Source: Pseudanabaena sp. (GTDB lineage: Bacteria; Cyanobacteriota; Cyanobacteriia; Pseudanabaenales; Pseudanabaenaceae). From it: DNA of 32,000 bases. The notes beneath the pieces were generated by a model. The model was not told where the DNA came from. It searched no databases and was given only the letters and a program-made list of their open reading frames with translations. The stretch is from the NCBI GenBank assembly GCA_044350865.1, contig JBILGV010000024.1, forward strand, positions 1-32,000, read 5' to 3'. Positions 7,761 through 16,474 of the stretch are shown here, piece by piece (the first letter of the stretch is position 1; each line of letters begins with the position of its first letter). The translations under genes were made by a program, and so were the position numbers.

Positions 7761-8156
7761 CAATATCCTCGGCGAGTAAAATTAATGGTTCGTTCTCGAT
7801 CTCAAGTATCGCCTCGGTAGTAGAGGGAAGCGGAGGCTCTGTATTCAAGAGGGTAAGGCTCAAGGTATTCAAGAGGGGAAGGCTCAAGGTGTGCAAGAGG
7901 GGAAAAGCTCTCTTTTGCTAAAACTGCTTTCTCGCAAACTAGGAACCATATCTGATGAAATTAAAGTTCTGTTGCACGAGTTATCGTCAGAACGATTAGA
8001 TGTTTTGAGTGAAGCTTTGTTTGAATTAGAAAGCTTGGCAGATTTACACAATTGGCTCGAAAATATTAACAACTAGCAATATCCTCGGCGAGTAAAATTA
8101 ATGGTTCGTTCTCGATCTCAAGTATCGCCTCGGTAGTAGAGGGAAGCGGAGGCTCT
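7525..8156. repeat. Perfect tandem duplication, 2 x 316 bp (7525-7840 and 7841-8156)
   Basis: By-eye comparison finds the two units identical. The twin track ORFs at 7568-7756 and 7884-8072 are offset by exactly 316 nt. Each unit is the last 236 nt of the Rpn-family gene plus 80 nt downstream. Confidence 0.9.
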
Positions 8157-8171
8157 GGTACAATGGATGAT

Positions 8172-11100
8172 TCACAGAACGGCGCGATCGGGAATCGCGA
8201 TCGTAAAGCAACTCCCCAGCCCTAATTCACTGGTTAATCTGACTTCGCCGCCATGCAGTTCCACCAAGCGCTTAACGAGAGCTAAGCCCAATCCCGAACC
8301 TTCGTAGTTACGATTGAGGGCGCTCTCCACCTGTACAAATGGTTGAAACAGTCGTTTGATTTGCTCTGGTGCAATCCCAATTCCAGTATCAATGACGCTT
8401 ATCTCTAGGGTGTCACAGGGCATAACACCAACATTGGCGATCGCGGCATTATCCAGAACCTTTATGTAGCTTACCTGTAGGGTGATTTTGCCACCGTTTG
8501 GTGTGAATTTGACGGCATTATTGAGCAGATTAATCAGCACTTGCCGAATGCGCCGTTCGTCAAGGGTGATAGTGGGCAGGTGAGCAGGAATCTCTGTCTC
8601 CACTTGAATATTTTTGCTGAAGGCTTGTTGCTTAATAAAGATTAAACTCGATTGACAAAGGGTTTCGACATTACAAGGTTGACAAGATAGCTTAATTTGC
8701 CCTGCTTCGACTTTCGCTACATCGAGAATATCGTTAATCAATTCCAGTAGGTGATTGCCGCTTTTCTCAATCGTTTGGAGAGATTGTAGTTGTCGATCAT
8801 TTAAATCACCAAAAATCTGTTCCTGAAGAATTTCCGTCATGCCTAAAATAGCGTTGAGCGGGGTGCGTAATTCATGGCTCATATTGGCTAGAAATTCATC
8901 TTTGAGGCGAGTTGCTTTGATCAGTTCTTCATTAGTGTGTTGCAGTTGTGCTTCTGTCTGTTTGCGATCGGTAATATCAATGTTTAAACCAATCGTCCTT
9001 AAAATTTCACCTTGGGCATTGTATTGGTTGAAGGCATAGGAATCAATAAAGCGGATTGTGCCATCAGGGCGAATAATCCGAAATTCGACACGACATTCTT
9101 TATCGCCTTGATAGGCTTGTTGTTCAGCCTGCTGCACCCAATCTAGATCATCGGGATGAATGCGCTGGAGCCAATCCTCATATTTACCAGAAAACTCCTC
9201 TGATGAAATTCCATAAAGGCTAAACATGCGCTCATCCCACAGCAAGCGCCCTTCATGTATTTGCCATTCCCAAATGCCAATATTGGCTCCTTTCAGGGCA
9301 AATTCCAGACGACCTGATAGATCTTGAAGCGCAAGTTCGGCGTTTTTGCGATCGGTAATATCGGTCAGCGTGCCGATATAGCTAACTACGTTGCCATCAT
9401 TATCGAATTCCTTCGCCACTTGGATATAACACCACGTTGTAGTACCGTCTGGACGGAGATGCCGACCTTCGCTGCCATGAATGATCTGCCTCTCAGGATT
9501 CGCATGGGCGTAGTATTCAGTCCATTCGGCAAGGCGTTGCTCGCTGTCTTCGGGATGTAATCCTTCCATCCAACCACGGCCCAAGGCTGATTCCATCGGT
9601 CGCCCACTTAGTTCACTCCATCGCTCATTGACATAGACACAGTTGAGTGGCTCATCAAAACGGAAAATACCGACTGGAGCCGCCGCCGCGAGACTGGCAT
9701 AGCGTCGCTCACTTGCCTTTAACGATAGCTCCAGCATTTTAAGATCGGTAATATCCGCCGCAATTCCCACCGTTCCCGCAATGTTTAGCCAATCGTCCCG
9801 AAAGGGGGTTTTGGTTGTTTCGAGCCACCCCAAAGTGCCATCAGCCCTTGCGATTTTCTCCACAACAACTTTGCGTTGACCAGATTGTAAGACCTCGGCA
9901 TCATCGTCACGATAGGCTTGAGCCAAGTCCGCCGACCAAATATCAAAATCCGTTTTGCCCACTAATTCTTCCGCCGAAACGCCGCAGGCTTGGACAAAGG
10001 GGGTATTTACTGAAATAAATCGATTTTGTTCATCCTTAATCCAAGCGATGTGGGGAATATTATTTAGCAGGGCGGCGAGGTGATTTTGTTGGAGAATTAG
10101 AGCTTTTTCAGCAGCTTTGCGATCGCTAATATCTCTCATTATGGTCGAGAAACTTTCAACTATACCGCTAGGTGATTTATGAGCAATAATCACTTGGGAG
10201 ACGGGGATTTCTTTGCCTGTGCCATCTAGCAGCGCCAATTCTCCAGACCAACTACCCTTCTCAATTGCTGTGGGTAGAGCCTGTTCAAATATAATTTTAT
10301 TTACCCAGTCAGGATGACATTCCGAAACAAACCGATGCTCTTCACCATTATCCAGTTCGGGACGTAATTCTTTGAGGTGCCTGTTGTGCCACAAAATTTC
10401 ACCTTGAGCATTAGCTATGCCAATATAATCAGGGGTTGATTCAAGTATTGCCGTAAGTCTTATTTGCGCTTGTTCAAATTTTTTGCGATCGCTGATATCT
10501 TGGTAAGTCCCTAACACACCAATTACATCACCTTGCAGATTGCGGAGGGGTAGCTTATTGGTTTCCACCCAAATAATCTGTCCATTGGCTTGATGTTGAG
10601 TTTCCACAATCCCCAGTTTGGCAGTTTGACGCTCGATCACCGCCCGATCATCGGCTTGGTAAACATCGGCTTCCGTCTCTCTCCAAGGCATTTCATAATC
10701 CGTCTTGCCAATAATTTCCGCGATCGTTTGAAGCCCTGCATCTTTCAGAAAATTCTGGTTACAGCCCAAATACACTGAATTGACATCTTTCCAGAACACC
10801 GAAAGGGGAAACGTATCCAGTACAGTCTGCAAAAATTGTTCCCGTTCTTGTAGTTCCTGTGTTCGCACCTGCACCCGATTTTCCAGTTGGTGATTTAGTT
10901 GCTGCAAAAATTGTACGGCTCTCTCTCTCTCGATCGCAATACCTGCAATATTGGCAGCCTGAGCGAGCCAATCTAGCTCCTGCGCTTGAGGTGCTTTCTG
11001 CTCGCGATAATAAATACCAAACGCGCCTAATAAAGAGCGATCGCTGGCAAAAATCGGTATGGACGAACAGGCTTGTAAGCCATAGGTCAGGGCAAAGTGT

Positions 11101-11870
11101 TTGTAATCCTGCCACAGTGGATCATGCGCGATATCCGACACCACGACCAACTCGCGCCGAAACATTGCAGTTCCACAGCTACCAACTCCCTCGGCGATCT
11201 GTAAATTTGCTTGCTCCACCGCCAATGCATATTCCTGCGGCAAACTTGGGGCGATCACATCACTCAACCGTCCATCCCGACAGAGTGTAATCGAACAACT
11301 AGAACCCCGCAGATAGGTTTCCATCGTTAGCAGCAAATCAATCAATACATCTTTCAGTGGTTCTGCCTTGGCAATTCGTTCATGAATCTTTTGTTGGCTG
11401 GCTAAGAGTGATGCCGTGGCTTGGTGAATGGTGTTATCTCTCAAACGTTTGAGGGATTCATGCTGGAGTAAACCAACCAGTTGATCTTGCGCGTCCACGA
11501 TCGCTAAATGCGTAATTTGTGACGACTCAAAGTAGGCGATCGCGGCGTTAATATTACGCAAATTCCTCAAGTCAGATTGTGAAATTATGAGAGTGTCTGG
11601 TGGTGATCGGTGCTGTTTCAAGAATTGCCTAAGCGTCAGTTTGGCGATCGGCTGCTGTTGCGTTACTAGACGCATCACATCTTTCTGAGTCAAGACTCCT
11701 AAAACTTTTAGCTCATCGGACACAATCACTACACAGGTTGATGATCCATTCTCCCCATCTATCTCCTGCCTACTCAGGTTACTCATCTGTTCTACTGCTG
11801 AAAGCACAATTGCATCAGCCCGCGCAACCAAAGGGTTTCGTAGAATCGCTGCGTCCAAATTCCTTAGCAT
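8172..11870 (-). CDS. Multi-sensor histidine kinase (CBS pair, GAF, about five PAS/PAC, HisKA, HATPase_c); no receiver domain
   Basis: H-box MSHELRTPLNAILG. N/G boxes LINLLNNAVKF, DTGIGI and GSGLGLALVKRLVELHGG. Repeated PAS/PAC signatures end in DITDRK/DISDRK. The track ORF starts at a TTG (11915); the first ATG is at 11870 (MLRNLD). Confidence 0.9.
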   Translation of the reverse strand: MLRNLDAAILRNPLVARADAIVLSAVEQMSNLSRQEIDGENGSSTCVVIVSDELKVLGVLTQKDVMRLVTQQQPIAKLTLRQFLKQHRSPPDTLIISQSDLRNLRNINAAIAYFESSQITHLAIVDAQDQLVGLLQHESLKRLRDNTIHQATASLLASQQKIHERIAKAEPLKDVLIDLLLTMETYLRGSSCSITLCRDGRLSDVIAPSLPQEYALAVEQANLQIAEGVGSCGTAMFRRELVVVSDIAHDPLWQDYKHFALTYGLQACSSIPIFASDRSLLGAFGIYYREQKAPQAQELDWLAQAANIAGIAIERERAVQFLQQLNHQLENRVQVRTQELQEREQFLQTVLDTFPLSVFWKDVNSVYLGCNQNFLKDAGLQTIAEIIGKTDYEMPWRETEADVYQADDRAVIERQTAKLGIVETQHQANGQIIWVETNKLPLRNLQGDVIGVLGTYQDISDRKKFEQAQIRLTAILESTPDYIGIANAQGEILWHNRHLKELRPELDNGEEHRFVSECHPDWVNKIIFEQALPTAIEKGSWSGELALLDGTGKEIPVSQVIIAHKSPSGIVESFSTIMRDISDRKAAEKALILQQNHLAALLNNIPHIAWIKDEQNRFISVNTPFVQACGVSAEELVGKTDFDIWSADLAQAYRDDDAEVLQSGQRKVVVEKIARADGTLGWLETTKTPFRDDWLNIAGTVGIAADITDLKMLELSLKASERRYASLAAAAPVGIFRFDEPLNCVYVNERWSELSGRPMESALGRGWMEGLHPEDSEQRLAEWTEYYAHANPERQIIHGSEGRHLRPDGTTTWCYIQVAKEFDNDGNVVSYIGTLTDITDRKNAELALQDLSGRLEFALKGANIGIWEWQIHEGRLLWDERMFSLYGISSEEFSGKYEDWLQRIHPDDLDWVQQAEQQAYQGDKECRVEFRIIRPDGTIRFIDSYAFNQYNAQGEILRTIGLNIDITDRKQTEAQLQHTNEELIKATRLKDEFLANMSHELRTPLNAILGMTEILQEQIFGDLNDRQLQSLQTIEKSGNHLLELINDILDVAKVEAGQIKLSCQPCNVETLCQSSLIFIKQQAFSKNIQVETEIPAHLPTITLDERRIRQVLINLLNNAVKFTPNGGKITLQVSYIKVLDNAAIANVGVMPCDTLEISVIDTGIGIAPEQIKRLFQPFVQVESALNRNYEGSGLGLALVKRLVELHGGEVRLTSELGLGSCFTIAIPDRAVL

Positions 11871-11961
11871 AGTGAGATGCCCCCTTAAAGGCTGACAAAA
11901 GAAAGATGCAGTCAAAGATCTACTTTACTTTATATCATTATTAGAATTACACATCGCATTT

Positions 11962-12879
11962 TTATGACAAGCGATCGCTGCTTAAAAATGACATCATCTC
12001 TTGGGCAGTGATTTCGGGGCATTCGAGATGGGGAACATGACCACTATTTTTAATCCAGACCAGTTTGTTGTTAGGAATTGTGGATTGGAACTTGAGAGCG
12101 TCCTTTGTACCGAGAATGCGATCGCGATCGCCCCAGAGAATCAGGGTATCTTGTTGCAAATATTTTAAATGCTTCTCAAAGGAGCCGTAACCACCACTTT
12201 GAGTAAAGGAAATTAGTGATTCACTCCAAAATGGACTTGCTAAATGGAATGACGCACAAACTTCCGCATCGGCGGTGACAAAACGCGGATCTGCATAAGC
12301 TTTGAGGCTAACTTCACGGCGGACTTTGGGACTACGGAGAAAATCAGTTGCCATCCGATCCAATGGTGGTCTGAGAAATTTACCCGCTAACGAACCTTTT
12401 CGCATTCCTGCACTATCGATTAAAATTAGTTTCTGCACCATGTCGGGATAGGTAAGCGTAAAATCGATCGCCGCCGCCCCACCCATTGATGCACCCACTA
12501 AAATTACAGGTTTAGCGATCATTGTCTTCCAAAAACTATAAAGATGCTCTTTAATTGTTTCTGTGGTAACTCGAACATCGGTAAGTCGTTCAGTCAGTCC
12601 AAAACCGAATAAATCGATCGCCCAAGTTTGATAAGAGCTAGCAAGTTGCGGTAATAGCCGCCGAAATTCAAACAGGGAGCTATCAAAACCATGCAATAGC
12701 AAAATTGATGGATCGCTTTGATTTTTGGGGCTGCCATCGCAGACATAGCTGGTTAAAATTAGTTCACTAGTAAAGGAAGTTGAAACAAGACAAAACTGGA
12801 TTTGATCGGCGATCGCTATGGAGGTTGTTTCTGTTAATTGCGATCGGAGGTTAGAAACTTCAATGGGTAAATTCGACAT
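11962..12879 (-). CDS. Alpha/beta-fold hydrolase
   Basis: LLLHGFDSS oxyanion region, nucleophile elbow GASMGG, and a C-terminal GHVPHLE histidine motif. Confidence 0.8.
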   Translation of the reverse strand: MSNLPIEVSNLRSQLTETTSIAIADQIQFCLVSTSFTSELILTSYVCDGSPKNQSDPSILLLHGFDSSLFEFRRLLPQLASSYQTWAIDLFGFGLTERLTDVRVTTETIKEHLYSFWKTMIAKPVILVGASMGGAAAIDFTLTYPDMVQKLILIDSAGMRKGSLAGKFLRPPLDRMATDFLRSPKVRREVSLKAYADPRFVTADAEVCASFHLASPFWSESLISFTQSGGYGSFEKHLKYLQQDTLILWGDRDRILGTKDALKFQSTIPNNKLVWIKNSGHVPHLECPEITAQEMMSFLSSDRLS

Positions 12880-12889
12880 TAGCTGTTAA

Positions 12890-13603
12890 TTAGTTCTTAA
12901 ATCGATGTAAGTGCATTTTGGCAAGGGTTGCGGCGGTAATTGTGGCATAAAACGGGGTAAATCCCAGAAAAAACAAGAGGATTCCATACAAACTGCCTAA
13001 GCCTCGAAAGATCAAGATAATAGCGATCGCGATGAATATAACTAAAATTATATTCACGCCAATCCATAAAAAAGAACGTCGATTAATCGCTTTCACACCT
13101 TGTCCATTCCAGATTACTAACCATTGTAAAACACCAATCAAAACTCCCGATAACAACAGCCAAAGGGAATTAGTCAGCAATAAGGGAATGCGATCAAGAA
13201 TAGTACTTGCAGCAAAAGAACCATCCGTATTGAGTACAAATCCAAATTGGGAAGTATAGGCTAAATTTGTCGCGGCAACCCCAATCCAAAGCCAGCCAAA
13301 GATGCTTGCTAAAATCCACCATGTCGCGGATTTGAGAAATCGGCGCAAAACCAAGTATTGTAACAAGCCCACAAATGCCCCCACAAAAATTGCCCCACCG
13401 ACAATGCCAGTCGCGACAGGACAATTGAGACTTCCAAAACCTGTATGGCAAATTCCCAAAGCGATCAGGTGATCGCCTAAATAATGCACCCCCGCCAGAC
13501 AAGCCGCCACGCCAAAAATGTTGCCGATCGCAGCCCCTACTATTGTGGCAAGTACCCACCGCCACCAAAGACCGACACTCGATAAAGGGCGTTGCTGTTG
13601 CAT
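12890..13603 (-). CDS. Hypothetical polytopic membrane protein
   Basis: 237 aa, almost entirely hydrophobic helices. Its start abuts the stop of the upstream gene (TAGATG). No family recognised. Confidence 0.55.
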   Translation of the reverse strand: MQQQRPLSSVGLWWRWVLATIVGAAIGNIFGVAACLAGVHYLGDHLIALGICHTGFGSLNCPVATGIVGGAIFVGAFVGLLQYLVLRRFLKSATWWILASIFGWLWIGVAATNLAYTSQFGFVLNTDGSFAASTILDRIPLLLTNSLWLLLSGVLIGVLQWLVIWNGQGVKAINRRSFLWIGVNIILVIFIAIAIILIFRGLGSLYGILLFFLGFTPFYATITAATLAKMHLHRFKN

Positions 13604-15121
13604 CTAAATTAACTCTTCGGTGACAATCCTACGCAAAATTTCCGCGACCGTAGCAGCCATTATGACATCAATTTCTAAAGCTTCGCGATCAGGATTTTTG
13701 AGATCGAGAACAGCGCGAAGGGTCATATTCACAGAACGGAGTTTTGGTAATGGTTGATCATGAGTCTCAGCAAGGCGATCGACAAATTGAATACAGGCTG
13801 TATAGGTCAATTCTGTACATTTACGCTGATCACTATAGCCAAATCCCATTTTGGAAATCACCACGGGATCACCGATGAAATATTGTAAACCCAAAGCGGC
13901 GATCGCTGCATCTACATATCTCGCTGTATCCTGCCCCATTGAGACAATCAAGGTGCTTAAGCTATGCCATTGCGCCGCAGGTAGGCGATCGCTTGGTGGT
14001 ATATGGCGATGCCAAGATATTTGAGAAATAATTCTGGTGAGATCGTAAGCCGAAATAAAATTATCGCCACGATGAGGTTCTTTAGAAAATTCAAAAATCG
14101 GATTGCCAACCGAGTCAAGCAATAGCGGCTTTTCGATAAATGGCTTTTCGCCGTAACGTCCTTGAAAAGTGAGAGATTGATTACCAGTGATTCCTTTTAA
14201 CCAATTTTGTAACTCTAGGGGTGTCGTAAACTGCTTAAACATAGCTGCTAAAGCATTGGAAGACATGCCATCAGATTCATCGTAATCACACATGCGTTGA
14301 GCCATCGCCGCAAATGTGCGATATGAGCGTGTATTTTGAGAGTCAGCAATTATGCAGGAGGAGATCGCTTGATTCGGTTTAGATTGGTTTGCCTTACAAA
14401 TGGTATGTAACAATGGCAATATTTTCGTGGAACTCCAAAACTGGACATTTCGCAAAGGATTTCGACCAATCCAACGGGTCAACATTTGCCCATTCACCAC
14501 GCTACCGATACAAACACAGGCTTCTTGGATGTTGCTACTGAGAAACTCCAAGCCAATATTTTCGATATTGGGAATTTGCCCAAGTCTTGGGTAGGGACGA
14601 AAGCGCACCCGCACTTGCGAGCCTCTTAACATGGCAACTTCACCATAGGAAACGACATTTACACCATCAGGCAAACTGGCGAGGCGATCGGGATAGGTTT
14701 GAATATGGCTGACAAATGGCGATGGTGCAAAGTTACGACTGGGCAGGCTATTCATTTTTCCTGCAATACAACCATTAAATCCGCGATCGAGAAAGCCTAA
14801 ATGATTTTCATCAGCTTGCCCCATATTCACGAATATGCGCTGAGCATTCATAAATTTCTGGTATAGGCGATCGCCATCTCCTGTAATTTGCTGTAAATGC
14901 CTAACCACCGCAGGGCTTTGCAAAAGATTATTTGTAATTGCTTGAGAGGTAGCATCCAAGATCGTATCAAGGCTAAGAGCATTGGCAAACTGAGCAAAAG
15001 CAATTTCGGTTAATTTGCCATAGAGGCCGTCAACTTCACCATCGTATAGCCCTAAACGCTGCAAACCTGTCTGAGCTTGGGTTAATTCCTCTCCCAAAAG
15101 CTTTACCTCTATTACCGCCAT
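13604..15121 (-). CDS. Hypothetical protein: N-terminal peptidoglycan-binding-like domain plus possible serine beta-lactamase/DD-peptidase-like domain
   Basis: LQRLGLYDGEVDGLYGKLTEIAFAQF fits PG_binding_1. Candidate SxxK (S230-S-T-K233), SxN (S287-S-N289) and KxG (K424-M-G) motifs lie in class-A-like order. The second domain is inferred from motifs only. Confidence 0.45.
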   Translation of the reverse strand: MAVIEVKLLGEELTQAQTGLQRLGLYDGEVDGLYGKLTEIAFAQFANALSLDTILDATSQAITNNLLQSPAVVRHLQQITGDGDRLYQKFMNAQRIFVNMGQADENHLGFLDRGFNGCIAGKMNSLPSRNFAPSPFVSHIQTYPDRLASLPDGVNVVSYGEVAMLRGSQVRVRFRPYPRLGQIPNIENIGLEFLSSNIQEACVCIGSVVNGQMLTRWIGRNPLRNVQFWSSTKILPLLHTICKANQSKPNQAISSCIIADSQNTRSYRTFAAMAQRMCDYDESDGMSSNALAAMFKQFTTPLELQNWLKGITGNQSLTFQGRYGEKPFIEKPLLLDSVGNPIFEFSKEPHRGDNFISAYDLTRIISQISWHRHIPPSDRLPAAQWHSLSTLIVSMGQDTARYVDAAIAALGLQYFIGDPVVISKMGFGYSDQRKCTELTYTACIQFVDRLAETHDQPLPKLRSVNMTLRAVLDLKNPDREALEIDVIMAATVAEILRRIVTEELI

Positions 15122-15271
15122 TGATTGCCTCTGCTTAAAGAAAGCTTAATTTTTTGCTGAATTTGCTGGATTTATTGGTTATGGTGGCGCTATTAGTGGC
15201 GATCACTATTAATAGTTTATCTATAAGTCAGGCGATCGCGATGTATCCCAGTTTTTGTAAAGGAAAAATAT

Positions 15272-15661
15272 TTACACATTCACCTTATAGTTCAGGCTTA
15301 GCTCATCGCCAGCGACTCCACGAATTGCCCAATTATATTTCGGTGTCTCGATTAGAATAATTTCAATATCCAATGGCTCTATGCTCAAATTATCCTTGAG
15401 TCTTTCAAATAGCAAACGATATAGATGTTTTTTCGCGTCCACTGAACGCCCTTCAAACATCAGGATTTCGATGATGATATATTGCTCAGTGCGATCGCTA
15501 GGATATTCAAAGTCTTCAGCTTGCAATGGAAAGAATCGCTGAAATTTCTTTTCGATGGGATAATTCAGCGCATCAACGATACAGGAATGGATCGTAGTCG
15601 ATAGAGTTTCGCGATTTTGCTGAATGAAATTAGCATTTCCGTAGATTTTCGTTTGGGGCAT
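15272..15661 (-). CDS. Tautomerase-family protein (4-oxalocrotonate tautomerase-like, long form)
   Basis: 129 aa starting Met-Pro (catalytic Pro1). The overall pattern ...YIIIEILMFEGRSVDAKKHLYRLLFERL...IILIETPKYNWAIRG matches the about 130-aa tautomerase_3-type proteins. Confidence 0.7.
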   Translation of the reverse strand: MPQTKIYGNANFIQQNRETLSTTIHSCIVDALNYPIEKKFQRFFPLQAEDFEYPSDRTEQYIIIEILMFEGRSVDAKKHLYRLLFERLKDNLSIEPLDIEIILIETPKYNWAIRGVAGDELSLNYKVNV

Positions 15662-15700
15662 AACTGAATTTTAAGAATATTTATTGTTTATTTGTTTGTA

Positions 15701-15746
15701 TTTTACAGGTAGGCGATCGCGCATAACCTTAACGATTCAGTCCATT
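15701..15746 (-). repeat. Relic copy of the cobS 3' end (direct repeat X), marking the distal boundary of the inserted cassette
   Basis: 40/46 nt identical to 17668-17713. On the minus strand it encodes WTESLRLCAIAYL-stop, against the cobS C-terminus WTETLSLCAIAYL-stop. The DUF4276-like ORF ends (TGA, 15737-15739) inside it in another frame. Confidence 0.85.
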
Positions 15747-16474
15747 ACATCAACTGCTTTTACCGCGCTCATTAGATTTTGAGTAAAGACTGCATATCCA
15801 CTTGGGCAATGAGTTTTTATAACTGCTAAATCTATGTCATGAGCCAAATTCCAGCGAATCTGTAGTGGGCGTTGATTGCTGGTATTCTCGTCAAGATAGG
15901 TGGATTGGGCGATCGCGCTTTCTAAAATTTCTTTTGAATTTTCTAAATCTTCTAAGTTTTCCAGCTTTTCAATCTCTACACCTAAAATCCCTGAAACAGT
16001 CTGAGTATCGGCAAGTAACCATGTTTCAAAATTTCTAATCGCTAATCCACCCGCACTGCGATCGCTAATTTCCTGTTCATCAGCATCTAAATGATTACTA
16101 CGAATTTTAGCTAAAGCAAGTTCTAAATCACGCTGTCTCTTAGGCAAAATGTCATCAGCATCAGCCACAATCAAAATCATATCGACCTCTTCAGGTTTCC
16201 ACGCGATGACCACTTGGGCGAGATATTTTGGCTGTAAAATTGAGTGTCCAGTACCCCGCGTAAAAAGCCCACTTTCATGATTTGTAGGATGTCGTTGCAC
16301 AAAGTCACAATCTAAACCAATACCTTGAATTTCTCGTCTAATCAGCGTATGCAAAGCACCTTCTTTACCTCTTTCAATAACTTTGCCACCATCTTCTGGG
16401 TTGATGTATGGAATACTTGCACCGAGTTCTGCTTCACCTTCAGCAATTAGTCCAATCCGAATCCGACGATTCAT
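15737..16474 (-). CDS. DUF4276-like protein with Toprim-type acidic motifs (putative nuclease subunit)
   Basis: 245 aa. RIGLIAEGEAE (aa 6-16), ILIVADADD (aa 100-108) and IRNFETWLLAD (aa 146-156) match the EGxxE / DxD / E-x-W-L-L-A-D pattern I recall for DUF4276. ATGA overlap with the upstream ATPase gene. Confidence 0.65.
   Translation of the reverse strand: MNRRIRIGLIAEGEAELGASIPYINPEDGGKVIERGKEGALHTLIRREIQGIGLDCDFVQRHPTNHESGLFTRGTGHSILQPKYLAQVVIAWKPEEVDMILIVADADDILPKRQRDLELALAKIRSNHLDADEQEISDRSAGGLAIRNFETWLLADTQTVSGILGVEIEKLENLEDLENSKEILESAIAQSTYLDENTSNQRPLQIRWNLAHDIDLAVIKTHCPSGYAVFTQNLMSAVKAVDVMD

Noticed and set aside
7568-8072. Twin 62-aa minus-strand ORFs (7568-7756 and 7884-8072)
   Set aside because: They are antisense to the Rpn-family coding sequence and duplicated only because the underlying DNA is duplicated. 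Their Ser/Asn-rich composition is typical of antisense artefacts.
7891-8076. 61-aa ORF identical to the C-terminus of the Rpn-family protein
   Set aside because: It is a product of the 316-bp tandem duplication. It begins at an internal GTG within the repeat with no independent start signals, so it is treated as a gene fragment.
6001-8160. Searched for terminal inverted repeats or target-site duplications defining an IS element around the Uma2/Rpn genes
   Set aside because: I could not find any by eye. Rpn-family genes are not known to me as bounded IS elements, so no mobile_element feature is called.
11871-11915. TTG-initiated 15-codon N-terminal extension of the histidine kinase
   Set aside because: The track start is a TTG. 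The first ATG (11870) gives MLRNLD directly before the CBS region, which I prefer. The extension cannot be excluded.
15154-15360. 68-aa plus-strand ORF
   Set aside because: It overlaps the 3' end of the tautomerase gene on the opposite strand and spans promoter DNA. No motifs.
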